Below, one piece after another: positions 18,696-28,098 of a stretch of 64,000 bases of DNA. A program made the translations under genes and the position numbers. Origin of the DNA: an uncultured delta proteobacterium (GTDB taxonomy: Bacteria > Myxococcota > Myxococcia > Myxococcales > Myxococcaceae); NCBI GenBank assembly GCA_963776345.1, contig CAVZMH010000020.1:1-64000 (forward strand). Reading direction: 5' to 3'. Each line of letters opens with the position of its first letter. The first letter of the stretch is position 1. The notes under the pieces are model-generated. The model saw only the letters and a list, made by a program, of their open reading frames with translations, had not been told where the DNA came from and did no database searches.

Positions 18696-20059
18696 GGGGT
18701 CTTCAGCTTACCGCGAGAGCTCTTCTTCTTGCTCGTTTGTGACGGTGGTGGGGCGGGGGTCTCGGTGGCGGGCGCTGCCGCGGACTTGGGGGCCTCGGCG
18801 GCCGCCGCCGGGGCGGCCTTGGCGGCCTCCGCCTGCTTCGCCGCCTCGGCCTCCTTCTCCGCCTTGCGCAGCTGGTCCTTCTTCTCTCGCTCCCGCCGCC
18901 GCTGCTCGCGGTCGATGCCTTTGGCCGCGTCCTTGAGGTACTGCTCGACCCGCTCGTCGGAGCCGCCCTTCTCCTTGTAGGTGGTGAAGTAGGCGATGGC
19001 CTTGTTGTAGCGGTCGATGGTGTCGACGCCCGGGAGGTCGGAGTCGAGGTGGAGGATGGCGAGGTTGTAGTAGGTGTCGGCCAGGGTGGGATCGAGGGCC
19101 ACAACCTTCTCGTACTGCTCCTTCGCCCTGGCCAGCTCGAGCTTGCCCCGGTAGGCGTTGCCCAGGTTCATCCGCGCCGCCAGCAGCTCGGGCGCGGCGC
19201 TCACCGCGAGCTCCAGCTCCTTCACCGCGCCGTCGTAGTCGCCGCTCTCCACCAGCATCGCGCCGAAGTTGCTGTGCGCCTCGGCGAAGTCTGGACGGAG
19301 CGAGGCCGCGGTCTTGAAGGACTCGAGCGCGGCCGACCGCTGCTTCAGCTTGAGGAGCACCGTGCCCAGCGCGTTGTGGGTCACCGGGTCCTTCGGGTCG
19401 ACCGCACGGGCGTTCTCCAGCACCAGCCGGCACAGCTCGTACTTCCCCTGCCGGTAGTACCCCTGCGCGAGCAGCTGCATGGCGCGCACGTTCTGCTCGT
19501 CCGCCTTGAGGACCTTCTTCGCCTCCTCCTCGGCCTCGGGAAGCCGGTCGGTCTCGATCAGCACCCAGGTGAGCGCGTTGCGGGCGCCGAGCGCGGTGGG
19601 CGCCTCCTGGACCCGGCCGCGGAGCAGCGCCTCGGCCTCGCTCGCCCGCTTGGTGCGGACGAGGAGCCGGGCGAGGAAGTCCCACGACTCGGGCGGCTCG
19701 GGCGTGGTCTGCGCCGCCCGCCGGTAGTTCACCTCGGCGTCGGCCAGGTCTCCCCTTCGCTCGGCGAGCACGCCGAGGTTCACCCAGGCCGCCCCGGCGT
19801 TCGGGTTCCGGCCGACGATGTCCTGGAACGTCCGGCGCGCGCCGTCGAGATCGCCGCTCCGGCCCTGGGCGATGCCGCGGTCGAGCTGGCCCTGGGTGTC
19901 CGCGTCCAGCGCCGGTCCAGCCTTGACCGCGCCCTCCTTCACCTCCGGGGTTGCAGCGGCGGAGGTGGTGAGCGGCCGCGGCGGAGGCGCGGCGACCTGG
20001 GCGTGGCGGCAGGCGGCGAGCGCCGCCAGGGCCAGGAGCGGGAGGAGCAGGCGCCTCAC
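18692..20059 (-). CDS. GltE/AglT-like TPR lipoprotein
   Basis: GTG start, lipobox LAAC, multiple TPRs (HNALG, HSNFG, RMNLGNAY, YYNLAIL) and a charged coiled-coil tail. Confidence 0.8.
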   Translation of the reverse strand: MRRLLLPLLALAALAACRHAQVAAPPPRPLTTSAAATPEVKEGAVKAGPALDADTQGQLDRGIAQGRSGDLDGARRTFQDIVGRNPNAGAAWVNLGVLAERRGDLADAEVNYRRAAQTTPEPPESWDFLARLLVRTKRASEAEALLRGRVQEAPTALGARNALTWVLIETDRLPEAEEEAKKVLKADEQNVRAMQLLAQGYYRQGKYELCRLVLENARAVDPKDPVTHNALGTVLLKLKQRSAALESFKTAASLRPDFAEAHSNFGAMLVESGDYDGAVKELELAVSAAPELLAARMNLGNAYRGKLELARAKEQYEKVVALDPTLADTYYNLAILHLDSDLPGVDTIDRYNKAIAYFTTYKEKGGSDERVEQYLKDAAKGIDREQRRREREKKDQLRKAEKEAEAAKQAEAAKAAPAAAAEAPKSAAAPATETPAPPPSQTSKKKSSRGKLKTP

Positions 20060-23000
20060 GAGCCACCTCCGGCGGCCGGGGTCCCGCCGGGGGCGGACTT
20101 GGGCGCAGGGGGCGTCGGGGGCTGTGCGTCCTTCGCCGGCGCCTTCTCCTTCGGAGCGGCGGTGCTCACCAGACCGTCCGGCCAGGTCACGTCGACGGCG
20201 ATGGCCGGCTTGGGGTCCTTCAGCACCGGGTACTCCTTGGGCCGGTAGCGGTTGAGCGCCTCGAGGGTCTTCTTGGTCCACTCGTTGCTGATCCGGTTCT
20301 TCCGTGCCTGGTCGAGGGTCGCCGCGTAGCTCTCTACCGCCTTGTCCTCCAGCGCCGCGGTCTGCTGCTGGAGGAGGTCCTGGTAGGCGGCGACCGCCTC
20401 GGGGCCGAGCCGCTTCACGTCGGGTGGCACCGGGGTCTCGTTGATGGTGGCGCCGAAGCGCTCCAGCACATAGCCCCGGCGGTAGAGCGCCGCCAGCGTC
20501 CACTCCATCCGCTTGAACTTGAAGACCTCGGCGTACGAGTCCTGCACCTTCTTCACCGCGGCGCGCTTGACGGTGAAGCTCTTCTCCAGCGCCTTGCCGC
20601 GGCCGCCGATCTTCAGCTTGTCGAACTCCTTGAGCTCCTGCTCGGACACCCGGAAGCGGGACTCGGCGGCGGCGTCCGCACCCTGGAGCGCCGTCTCCGG
20701 CTTGAGGCCGCGGCGGTCGAACTCGCGGGCCGCGGTCTCCCAGGCTCGGCGGGCGTCCTTGGGGCTGCCCGATTTCGCATAGGCGTCGCCGAGCTTCTTG
20801 TGCGCCTCGACCACCAGCTCGCCCTGGTTGGCCTTGCCGCCGAACCGGCGGACGAACTCGTTGAGCGCCTTGACCTCGTTCTTGGTGTCGCCCTGCTTCT
20901 CGTAGACCAGCGCCGCCCGGTACTGGTTCTTGGGCGCGTCCTCGGCCCTGGGGAACAGGTCCGCGTAGCGGGCGTAGGCCGTGGCGGCCTGGGGGTACTT
21001 CTGCTGTCCCTCGAGCAGGCGAGCGGCGTTGTAGAGGGCGGCCTCGCGGTCCTTGCTCGCCGGGTACTCCTTCACCAGCCGCTCGTAGCTCTGCACCGCC
21101 CGGTCGAAGTCGTAGGAGTTTTCCTGGTTCACCGCCACCCGGAACAGCGCGGCGTCGGCCAGCTTGCTGTTCGGGTACTCCTTGAAGATGCGCTCGTAGA
21201 GCTTGAGCGCGCTCTCGAAGCGGTGGTCCTTCTCGTAGCAGACCGCGGCGTTGTTCAGCGCCTTGTCGGCGAACTCGTGCTTCGGCTCCTCGTCGACCAG
21301 CGCGATGTACTTCTTGGCCGCCTCGTCCCAGGCGCCCTGGGCCATCAGCTCGTCGGCCAGCTTGAACCGGCCGGCGAGCTTGAACTTGACCAGGTCCTTG
21401 TACAGCTCGCTCTTCGGGTCGATGACCTCGGTGTTCGAGGCCAGGCGGGCCGAGACCTCCTCCACGCTCCGCCAGTCCTTGTCGATGAGGAAGGTCTCCA
21501 CCGTGAGGTTGGTGGCGTACTTGGCGACCTCGGTCTTCGGATAGCTCTTGATGATGGTCTCGAAGCGCGCCCTGGCGTCCGGGAACTGGTTGTGCGCGTA
21601 CATCAGCTCGGCGGCCTTGTAGGCCACGCCGGGGGCGCGGTCGTCCTTCGGCGAGAGCTGGACGAAGGCGTCGATCGCCGCGACCAGCGACTTCTCCTCG
21701 GGGGCGAGTGGGATGCCCTGCGGCTTCTCGCCCTCGGGCCGGTCCTTGCTCCGCAGCACCGGGTACTTGGCGAGCTTCTTCGAGTCTTGAAGCTGCTCGA
21801 CCAGCTTGCTCCAGGCCAGCACCGCGCCGTAGGCCGCGTCCTTCCGGTACTTGTCGTCGGCGCCGGTGTCCCGGATGGAGTCGTAGTTCTTGGCCGCCTT
21901 GGCGAACTGCAGCGAGTTGTACTGGCACTCCGCGGCGAAGAACTGCACCTCGTACGCCGCCTTGCTCCGGGGGAACCTGGCCAGGTAGCCCTCGTAGCCC
22001 TTCGCCGCCGACTCGAAGGTGGTCTTGGCCGCCTCGAGCTTCCCCTGCTGCTTCAGCGCCAGCGCCTGCTGGTGGTGGTAGATGGCGCTGCCGTAGAGGT
22101 TCTTCTCGGCGAGCTCCTGGGTGGCGGCCAGCACCTCGGGATCGTTCTTGTGCTTCTCGTACCAGGGCGTGCCCGGGGCATAGGTGTTGGCCAGGGCCTC
22201 GGACGCGGCGAAGGCCTCGTTCAGCTTCCGGTCGCGCTCGTAGGCCTGGACGATCTTCTGCTGCAGCTTGGGCGCGTCGTCCGCCAGCGGGTCCTTCTGC
22301 AGCGCCAGACGGTAGGCGGCGATGGCGTCGGTGTGCCGGGTCTGGTCGAAGTAGACGTCGCCCATCCGGCGGTAGACCTCGGCCTCGTAGGGCCGGCCGC
22401 CCATCCTGGCGAAGGTGGCCTTGGCCTTCTCCACCGAGCCCCACTTCTCGTCGGTGAAGCTGATCGCGGTGTACTGGATCGCCTCGCTGCGGAGGTCGCC
22501 GGTGGCCTTGCCGTCCTTCCTGGTGCCGGTCTTCTCGTAGTAGTCGACCAGCTGGAGGAAGCGCTGCACCGCGGGCTCGAACCGGTCCTGGCGGTAGTAG
22601 GTCCACCCGAGCTTGTAGAGCGACTTGTCGTAGAGCTGGCTCTGGGTGTCCTTGATCGCGTTCTCGTACGCCTGCGCGGCCCTGGGCAGCGCGTCCGGGT
22701 CGTCGTAGTCGTCGAAGTAGTACTCGCCGATGCGGACCCAGGCCTCGGTGACGAACTTGCTCTTCGGGTAGCCGTCGATGACGTCGTGGTAGGCCTGCTG
22801 CGCGCCCTCGAAATCGTTCTGCTTCTCCAGGCAGTAACCGAGCAGGTAGGTGGTCGCGTCGTTGAACTTGAACTTCGGGAACTTCTCGAGGAGCTGCCGG
22901 TAGAGGCCGATGGAGGGCCGGAAGTCCACCGCCGGCTCGGGCGGGGGCGGGGCGTTGCTCGACGGGTCCACCCGCTTCAGCTGGTCCTCGTAGGCGCGCA

Positions 23001-23523
23001 TCGCCACCGCGTGGTCGTCCGCGCTCCGCTCGTAATAGAGCTCGGCCAGGCGGAACATCACGTCGGGTGTGTAGCGGGGCTCGTCGGGGTAGCGCTGGAG
23101 GAACTCCTCGAACTGGGCGATGGCGTCGAGCCGGTCCTTCCGCTCGTTCACCTCGAGGTCGCGGATGGCCTTCTCGTAGCTGGCGGCGAGGTCGCTGCGC
23201 TTCTCCTCGTACTTCTTCTCCACCAGGAGCTGGACGTCGCGCTTGAAGTCGTGCGACTCGGCCTCGTACGAGCGGAGCATCTCCTGGAGGTCGTCGAGCT
23301 GCTTCTGCTCCTCGGGGCTGCGCCCCATCCCGTCGAGCCCGAGCTTCGGCTTCTGGCCGGGGGTGACGTCCCTCTTCTCCGGCGTCGCGGCGGCGGCCGG
23401 GCCGGGCGCGGTCTCGGCCTGAGCGGGCGCCTTCTCGGCGGCCGGGGGCTTGCTCTTCCCCTTCTTCGGCGCGGCGGTCGGGCTCGCCGAGAGCGCGAGC
23501 GCGATGAGGAGCGGCCCGAGCAT
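20056..23523 (-). CDS. GltD/AgmU-like large periplasmic TPR protein (1155 aa)
   Basis: Signal peptide, then MFRLAELYYE, YKLGWTYY and many YP-x-S TPR junctions, ending ISNEWTKKTLEALNRYRPKEYP. Confidence 0.82.
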   Translation of the reverse strand: MLGPLLIALALSASPTAAPKKGKSKPPAAEKAPAQAETAPGPAAAATPEKRDVTPGQKPKLGLDGMGRSPEEQKQLDDLQEMLRSYEAESHDFKRDVQLLVEKKYEEKRSDLAASYEKAIRDLEVNERKDRLDAIAQFEEFLQRYPDEPRYTPDVMFRLAELYYERSADDHAVAMRAYEDQLKRVDPSSNAPPPPEPAVDFRPSIGLYRQLLEKFPKFKFNDATTYLLGYCLEKQNDFEGAQQAYHDVIDGYPKSKFVTEAWVRIGEYYFDDYDDPDALPRAAQAYENAIKDTQSQLYDKSLYKLGWTYYRQDRFEPAVQRFLQLVDYYEKTGTRKDGKATGDLRSEAIQYTAISFTDEKWGSVEKAKATFARMGGRPYEAEVYRRMGDVYFDQTRHTDAIAAYRLALQKDPLADDAPKLQQKIVQAYERDRKLNEAFAASEALANTYAPGTPWYEKHKNDPEVLAATQELAEKNLYGSAIYHHQQALALKQQGKLEAAKTTFESAAKGYEGYLARFPRSKAAYEVQFFAAECQYNSLQFAKAAKNYDSIRDTGADDKYRKDAAYGAVLAWSKLVEQLQDSKKLAKYPVLRSKDRPEGEKPQGIPLAPEEKSLVAAIDAFVQLSPKDDRAPGVAYKAAELMYAHNQFPDARARFETIIKSYPKTEVAKYATNLTVETFLIDKDWRSVEEVSARLASNTEVIDPKSELYKDLVKFKLAGRFKLADELMAQGAWDEAAKKYIALVDEEPKHEFADKALNNAAVCYEKDHRFESALKLYERIFKEYPNSKLADAALFRVAVNQENSYDFDRAVQSYERLVKEYPASKDREAALYNAARLLEGQQKYPQAATAYARYADLFPRAEDAPKNQYRAALVYEKQGDTKNEVKALNEFVRRFGGKANQGELVVEAHKKLGDAYAKSGSPKDARRAWETAAREFDRRGLKPETALQGADAAAESRFRVSEQELKEFDKLKIGGRGKALEKSFTVKRAAVKKVQDSYAEVFKFKRMEWTLAALYRRGYVLERFGATINETPVPPDVKRLGPEAVAAYQDLLQQQTAALEDKAVESYAATLDQARKNRISNEWTKKTLEALNRYRPKEYPVLKDPKPAIAVDVTWPDGLVSTAAPKEKAPAKDAQPPTPPAPKSAPGGTPAAGGGS

Positions 23524-25856
23524 CAGTCCACGTCCTTCAGGACCGGCTGGAAGTCCTGGTCCAGCGCCCGCAGCTCCTCCTCCTTCTGCGAGGCGACCTT
23601 CTGGATGGAGGTGGTCTGCGCCTGCTTCCGGGTGAAGGCCGAGTCCACCACCCCCACGTCGGCCTTCAATACCAGATCATAGAACTGACGGCGCACGCGG
23701 CGGAAGCTGTCGTACGCCATGCGGCCCACCAGCTGCTGCGCGTCACCCGAGACGCTGCCCACGTCCTTGCGGTAGCCGTCGAGCAGCTTCGCCTCGGCCA
23801 CGACCTTCTCCCGGATCTCCTGGCCCTTGAGCCGCACCCGCTCGGCGAGCGCGGACTGCGCGGCGGCGGTGCGCTGCTGGAGCGTGCCGATCTGCGCGCG
23901 GAGGTCCCGGGTGCGGGCGACGAACTGCGCGCCGTCGCCGGTGGCCCGCGGCTCCACCCCGGCCAGGAGGCCCCTGGCCTGCGAGGAGGACGCGGCCATC
24001 TCCTGGCGGATGGTGTCCTCGCCGCTGATGGTGGTGTCCACCAGGCCGCGCTCGGCCACCAGCTGCCCGCGGAGCTTCTCCACCTCCTGCTCCAGCGCCC
24101 GGAGCGAGCGCTGCTCGGAGAGGAGCCGCTCGGTGAACTGCTTTTCGTCGTCGGGGCCGTCGCGCCGCTTTTCCCGGGTGTCCGCCACCCACTTCTGGGT
24201 CGCGACCAGCATCGCGGTCATCGACTGGAGATCCGTGCCCAGGCGGAACGCCTCGCGGTCCACCGCGTCCATCCGGCCCTGCATCCGGTTGCGGCGGGCA
24301 GTCACCTCCGCCGGCGTGGAGGGGAGGGTGCCCAGCCTCGACCGCCCGGCGGCGAGGCTCGCCTGGATGCGCCCCAGCTCCAGCCGCTCGTCGTGGGTGA
24401 GGAGCGGATCCAGCGCCTCGACCTCCGCCGCGTCCAGGGTGGCCTCGGCCGAGGTGAGCCCGTTGGCCACCGCCTCGGCGCGGGTGGTGCCTTCCTGGAG
24501 GGAGGGGAAGGCCTCGGCCCCGCGCTCGTCCAGCGCCTTGAGGATGCGATCGGCGATGGCCCGGCTCTCGGTGACGCCCTTCTTGCCACCCTCGAGGGCG
24601 CCGACGACGCGGAGCGCCTGACCCACGTCCTCCTGGGCGCTGGCCCACTTCAGCGCCAGCGGGGGCAGCAGGGTGTTCACGTCGAGGCTCTTCTCGTTCC
24701 GCGCGAGCAAGTTGTCGAAGTAGGCGACGGGGTCCTTCTGCACCGCCAGCATCCGGTCGATCTCGTCGCGCACCGGGGCGTAGGTGCCGATGACGCCGTT
24801 GTACGTCTCGGTGGCTTCCTTGTAGCGCTTGAGCTTGAGGAGGAGGTGCCCCTGGAGGATCTGCGCCTCGGGGGCGAGCGGCGAGTCGGGGGCGACGAGG
24901 AGCAGGATGTCGGTCGCGTTGCGCGCGCCGGCCCAGTCCTCGGCCCGCACCTTGGCCCAGGCCATCTCGTAGAGCGCCTCGGGGAAGGCGGGCGAGTCCT
25001 GGCTGATGGCCTGGTACTCGTCGATCGCCTCGGGGACGTGGCCGGTCTCGACCAGGAGCCGCGCCATGCCCAGGTGGGCCAGCTCGACGATGCGCTGCTC
25101 CCGCTCGTCGGCCCCCTTGCTGGCGGTGACCTCGCTGAAGCGGGCCATGGCCCCGGTGTAGTCCTGGGCCTGCACCCGCAGGACGCCGAGGAAGTAGAGG
25201 CTGGGGAGCCGGAAGCGGTTCCCCTCCAGGGTGAGCGGCTGGAAGGCCTCGGCCGCCCGGCGCTGGCGCTCCGCGGGGGACAGGTCGCCGCGGCGCGCGA
25301 GCCACTTGGCGTGGACGTAGGCGATGTCCGGGGGGAGCTGGCCGTCCGGCCCGCGCGCGCGGGCGAGGTACGGCTCGATGCTGCCCCAGTCGTTCAGCTT
25401 GGCGGTCACGTCGAGGTAGCGCGAGAGCGCCTCGCGGTAGCGCGGCGTGTCCTGCCGGAGGAGCTCCCGGAGGTAGATCCGCGCGCTGCCGTAGCTCTGC
25501 TGCTGGTAGAGCGCGTCGGACAGGTACCAGAGCGCGTCCGGCCGGCGCGGATTGCCGTCGAAGGCCCGGTCGGCGAGCAGGTCGTAGAACAGCACCGAGG
25601 CGGTGGGCCAGTCCTGGAGGAGGTACTGGATCTCGCCGTCGGAGAAGCGGCGCTCCAGCACCAGCTCGTTCGACGGGTCGGCCCGTCCGGCGTACTGGGT
25701 CTCCACCACGCCCAGGTTCTCGGTGGCGTTCCGCAGCTGGGCCGCGACCTGGTCCAGCTTGGCGGCGGTGGACGAGGAGATCCGGACGTCGCCGGCGAGG
25801 GCGGGCGTCTCCACCGCGAGGAGCGCGAGGAGCGCCGCGGCCCTGCTGGGCTTCAC
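23523..25856 (-). CDS. TPR / coiled-coil exported protein (GltC-like position)
   Basis: Signal peptide, TPRs (ALYEMAWA) and a long coiled-coil C-terminus. Translationally coupled to its neighbours. Confidence 0.75.
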   Translation of the reverse strand: MKPSRAAALLALLAVETPALAGDVRISSSTAAKLDQVAAQLRNATENLGVVETQYAGRADPSNELVLERRFSDGEIQYLLQDWPTASVLFYDLLADRAFDGNPRRPDALWYLSDALYQQQSYGSARIYLRELLRQDTPRYREALSRYLDVTAKLNDWGSIEPYLARARGPDGQLPPDIAYVHAKWLARRGDLSPAERQRRAAEAFQPLTLEGNRFRLPSLYFLGVLRVQAQDYTGAMARFSEVTASKGADEREQRIVELAHLGMARLLVETGHVPEAIDEYQAISQDSPAFPEALYEMAWAKVRAEDWAGARNATDILLLVAPDSPLAPEAQILQGHLLLKLKRYKEATETYNGVIGTYAPVRDEIDRMLAVQKDPVAYFDNLLARNEKSLDVNTLLPPLALKWASAQEDVGQALRVVGALEGGKKGVTESRAIADRILKALDERGAEAFPSLQEGTTRAEAVANGLTSAEATLDAAEVEALDPLLTHDERLELGRIQASLAAGRSRLGTLPSTPAEVTARRNRMQGRMDAVDREAFRLGTDLQSMTAMLVATQKWVADTREKRRDGPDDEKQFTERLLSEQRSLRALEQEVEKLRGQLVAERGLVDTTISGEDTIRQEMAASSSQARGLLAGVEPRATGDGAQFVARTRDLRAQIGTLQQRTAAAQSALAERVRLKGQEIREKVVAEAKLLDGYRKDVGSVSGDAQQLVGRMAYDSFRRVRRQFYDLVLKADVGVVDSAFTRKQAQTTSIQKVASQKEEELRALDQDFQPVLKDVD

Positions 25857-26728
25857 TTCGACTCCTTCTGCTCCGTCTGCGCCTGGGTGGGCTTGGGGGC
25901 CACTTCCCGGTTGACCTCGACGTCGTAGCGGACCGCCGGCCTGTCCTTCAGCTCGGTGGTGATGCCGCCCTTCTCGTAGCCCACCACCTTGACCGTGGTG
26001 ACCTTCCCCGGCTCGGAGGTGAAGGTGTAGCTGGAGCTGACGGTGAACTTGTAGCCCTCCAGGTAGCTGAACACGCCGAAGCCGCGGCCCCGGTAGACGA
26101 GCCGCACCGCGACCTGGTGCTGGCCGGGGACGATGCGCCCGTTGAAGATCTCGAACTCGGGCCGCTTGGCCAGGTCCCCGTCCTTGTCGGTGCGGGTGAG
26201 GATGGGCGCGCCGTCGAGCGCGTAGGCGACCGAGTCGAGCGCGAAGCTGCCGCCCATCTCGTTCTTGTGCACCAGCACCGCGCGGGCGCCGGAGGAGAGG
26301 TCTCCGCCCAGCACCGTCTCTTGCAGCAGCAGGAGCCGGGCCTTGGTGCGGTAGATCTTCTCCTTGAGATCCACCACCTGCTCCTCGAGCGTCTTCACCC
26401 GCGTCTGGAACGCCTCGTCGGAGGTGACCGGCGGGAGCGAGGCCTCGGACGGGGGAGCGGCCTTCGCCGCGGGCGCGGAGGTGGTGGCGGCGGCGCCCGG
26501 GGTGGGCGCGGCGGTGGGCGGAGGCGGCGTGGCCTGCACGCCCTTGCTGCCGGTGCGCATCGGCGCCATCTCCCCGGCGCCGGCTGCGGGATCGGCGCGT
26601 GAGTCCGGGAGTGGCGGGGGCGCGTCGGCGGACTGGGCGCGGACCGAGACGCTGGCGAGCGCCGTGAGGACGACGAGGAGTGCGGAGTGACCTAGGCGCA
26701 AGGACGGCTCCCGGCGACGGAAATCCAC
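25853..26728 (-). CDS. Conserved exported hypothetical protein downstream of mglA
   Basis: Signal peptide, Pro/Ala linker, coiled coil LEEQVVDLKEKIYRTKARLLLLQE and a beta-rich C-terminal domain. Start approximate. Confidence 0.75.
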   Translation of the reverse strand: MDFRRREPSLRLGHSALLVVLTALASVSVRAQSADAPPPLPDSRADPAAGAGEMAPMRTGSKGVQATPPPPTAAPTPGAAATTSAPAAKAAPPSEASLPPVTSDEAFQTRVKTLEEQVVDLKEKIYRTKARLLLLQETVLGGDLSSGARAVLVHKNEMGGSFALDSVAYALDGAPILTRTDKDGDLAKRPEFEIFNGRIVPGQHQVAVRLVYRGRGFGVFSYLEGYKFTVSSSYTFTSEPGKVTTVKVVGYEKGGITTELKDRPAVRYDVEVNREVAPKPTQAQTEQKESK

Positions 26729-26790
26729 GTCTTTACATACCACGGACGCGCCGTCGCCCCCCTTGTCCGACGGGACGGAGCCGTTCCCGC

Positions 26791-27378
26791 CTAGCCGCCC
26801 TTTTTCAGCTCGGTGAGGACCAGCTTGGCGACGGCCTTCAATGTGTCGAAGACACCTACCCCGGTGGGGGCGACGGCCTGGAACTCGGGGACGCCGCGCG
26901 GGTTCAGCGAGCCGCGGAGCTCCTCCACCGTGACCGCGTTGGGGAGGTCCCGCTTGTTGTACTGCACCACGCTGGGGATCCGGTTCAGATCGTAGCCCTG
27001 CTCGCCGAGGTTGGTGCGGAGGTTCTCGAACGACTCCATGTTCGCCTCCATCCGCTCCACCTGGCTGTCGGCGACGAAGACCACCCCGTCCACGCCCTTG
27101 AGGATGAGCTTTCTGCTCGCGTCGTAGAAGACCTGGCCGGGCACGGTGTAGAGGTGGAAGCGGGTCTTGAAGCCGCGGATCTCTCCCAGCGACAGCGGGA
27201 GGAAGTCGAAGAACAGGGTGCGGTCGGTCTCGGTGCTGAGGCTGATCAGCTTGCCCTTCGTCTCGGGGTTGGTCTTGTTGTAGATGTACTGGAGGTTGGT
27301 CGTCTTCCCGCACAGACCCGGTCCGTAATAGACGATCTTGCAGTTGATCTCGCGGGATGAGTAATTGATGAAGGACAT
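26791..27378 (-). CDS. mglA: Ras-like GTPase MglA
   Basis: [50 protein letters not shown] and NKRD. Confidence 0.98.
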   Translation of the reverse strand: MSFINYSSREINCKIVYYGPGLCGKTTNLQYIYNKTNPETKGKLISLSTETDRTLFFDFLPLSLGEIRGFKTRFHLYTVPGQVFYDASRKLILKGVDGVVFVADSQVERMEANMESFENLRTNLGEQGYDLNRIPSVVQYNKRDLPNAVTVEELRGSLNPRGVPEFQAVAPTGVGVFDTLKAVAKLVLTELKKGG

Positions 27379-27397
27379 TTCGTGACCTGGTTCTCCG

Positions 27398-27880
27398 TCA
27401 CTCGCTGAAGAGATTGTCGATGTCGTCGTCGGAGATCTCGGCGAAGGGCGAGCCCATCCCCCCCATGCTCTCGGTCTTCTTCACCAGCGCCTCGAAGATC
27501 TTCCCCAGCTCGTCCGCTGCCTTCTTGACCCGCAGCCGGACCAGGCCGAGCGAGGTGCGGGTGTCGAAGATCACCACCAGTACCACCCGGGTCCCCACGA
27601 TGGTCATGTAGAGCGACTCTCGCGCTCCCTCGTGGATCTGGTTGGGGAACTCGTTCTCGCCGATCAGCTTGGCCAGGCCGCCCATGGCCGCGACGTTGCC
27701 CGCGGTGAGCGAGGCCAGCGAGGTGGTGTCGATGTTCTGGGTCTGGCCGGAGGCGGAGATCAGCTGTCCGTTCTTGTCGACGATGAAGACGACCTTGGCG
27801 TTGGCGTCCTTGGTCAGGCGATCGCAGACGGCGTTGATGCGATTGTACTCCTCGTCATACATCACCAGTTGCGTGCCCAT
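27398..27880 (-). CDS. mglB: Roadblock/LC7 protein MglB (GAP of MglA)
   Basis: MGTQLVMY...[25 protein letters not shown]...SLGLVRLR...[12 protein letters not shown]. Confidence 0.97.
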   Translation of the reverse strand: MGTQLVMYDEEYNRINAVCDRLTKDANAKVVFIVDKNGQLISASGQTQNIDTTSLASLTAGNVAAMGGLAKLIGENEFPNQIHEGARESLYMTIVGTRVVLVVIFDTRTSLGLVRLRVKKAADELGKIFEALVKKTESMGGMGSPFAEISDDDIDNLFSE

Positions 27881-28098
27881 GGGCGTGAGATGTCCCCTTC
27901 GCTGCCGAGGGATCGACCGCGTTTTCTGAGGGATTCCGCGTAGGTTCGCGCCGCCGCGCCCTCATCCGGACCGGCCGAAGGTAGCAGGGCGGAAAGCCGT
28001 GCGGCAAGGATCCGCGCTGCGGGCCGCTGCGGAGCGCTTGCGCGCGCGCTCCGGCTCTGGTCGCGTGCGCCGCGCGCCGCTCCTCTGAGGAGGACCAC

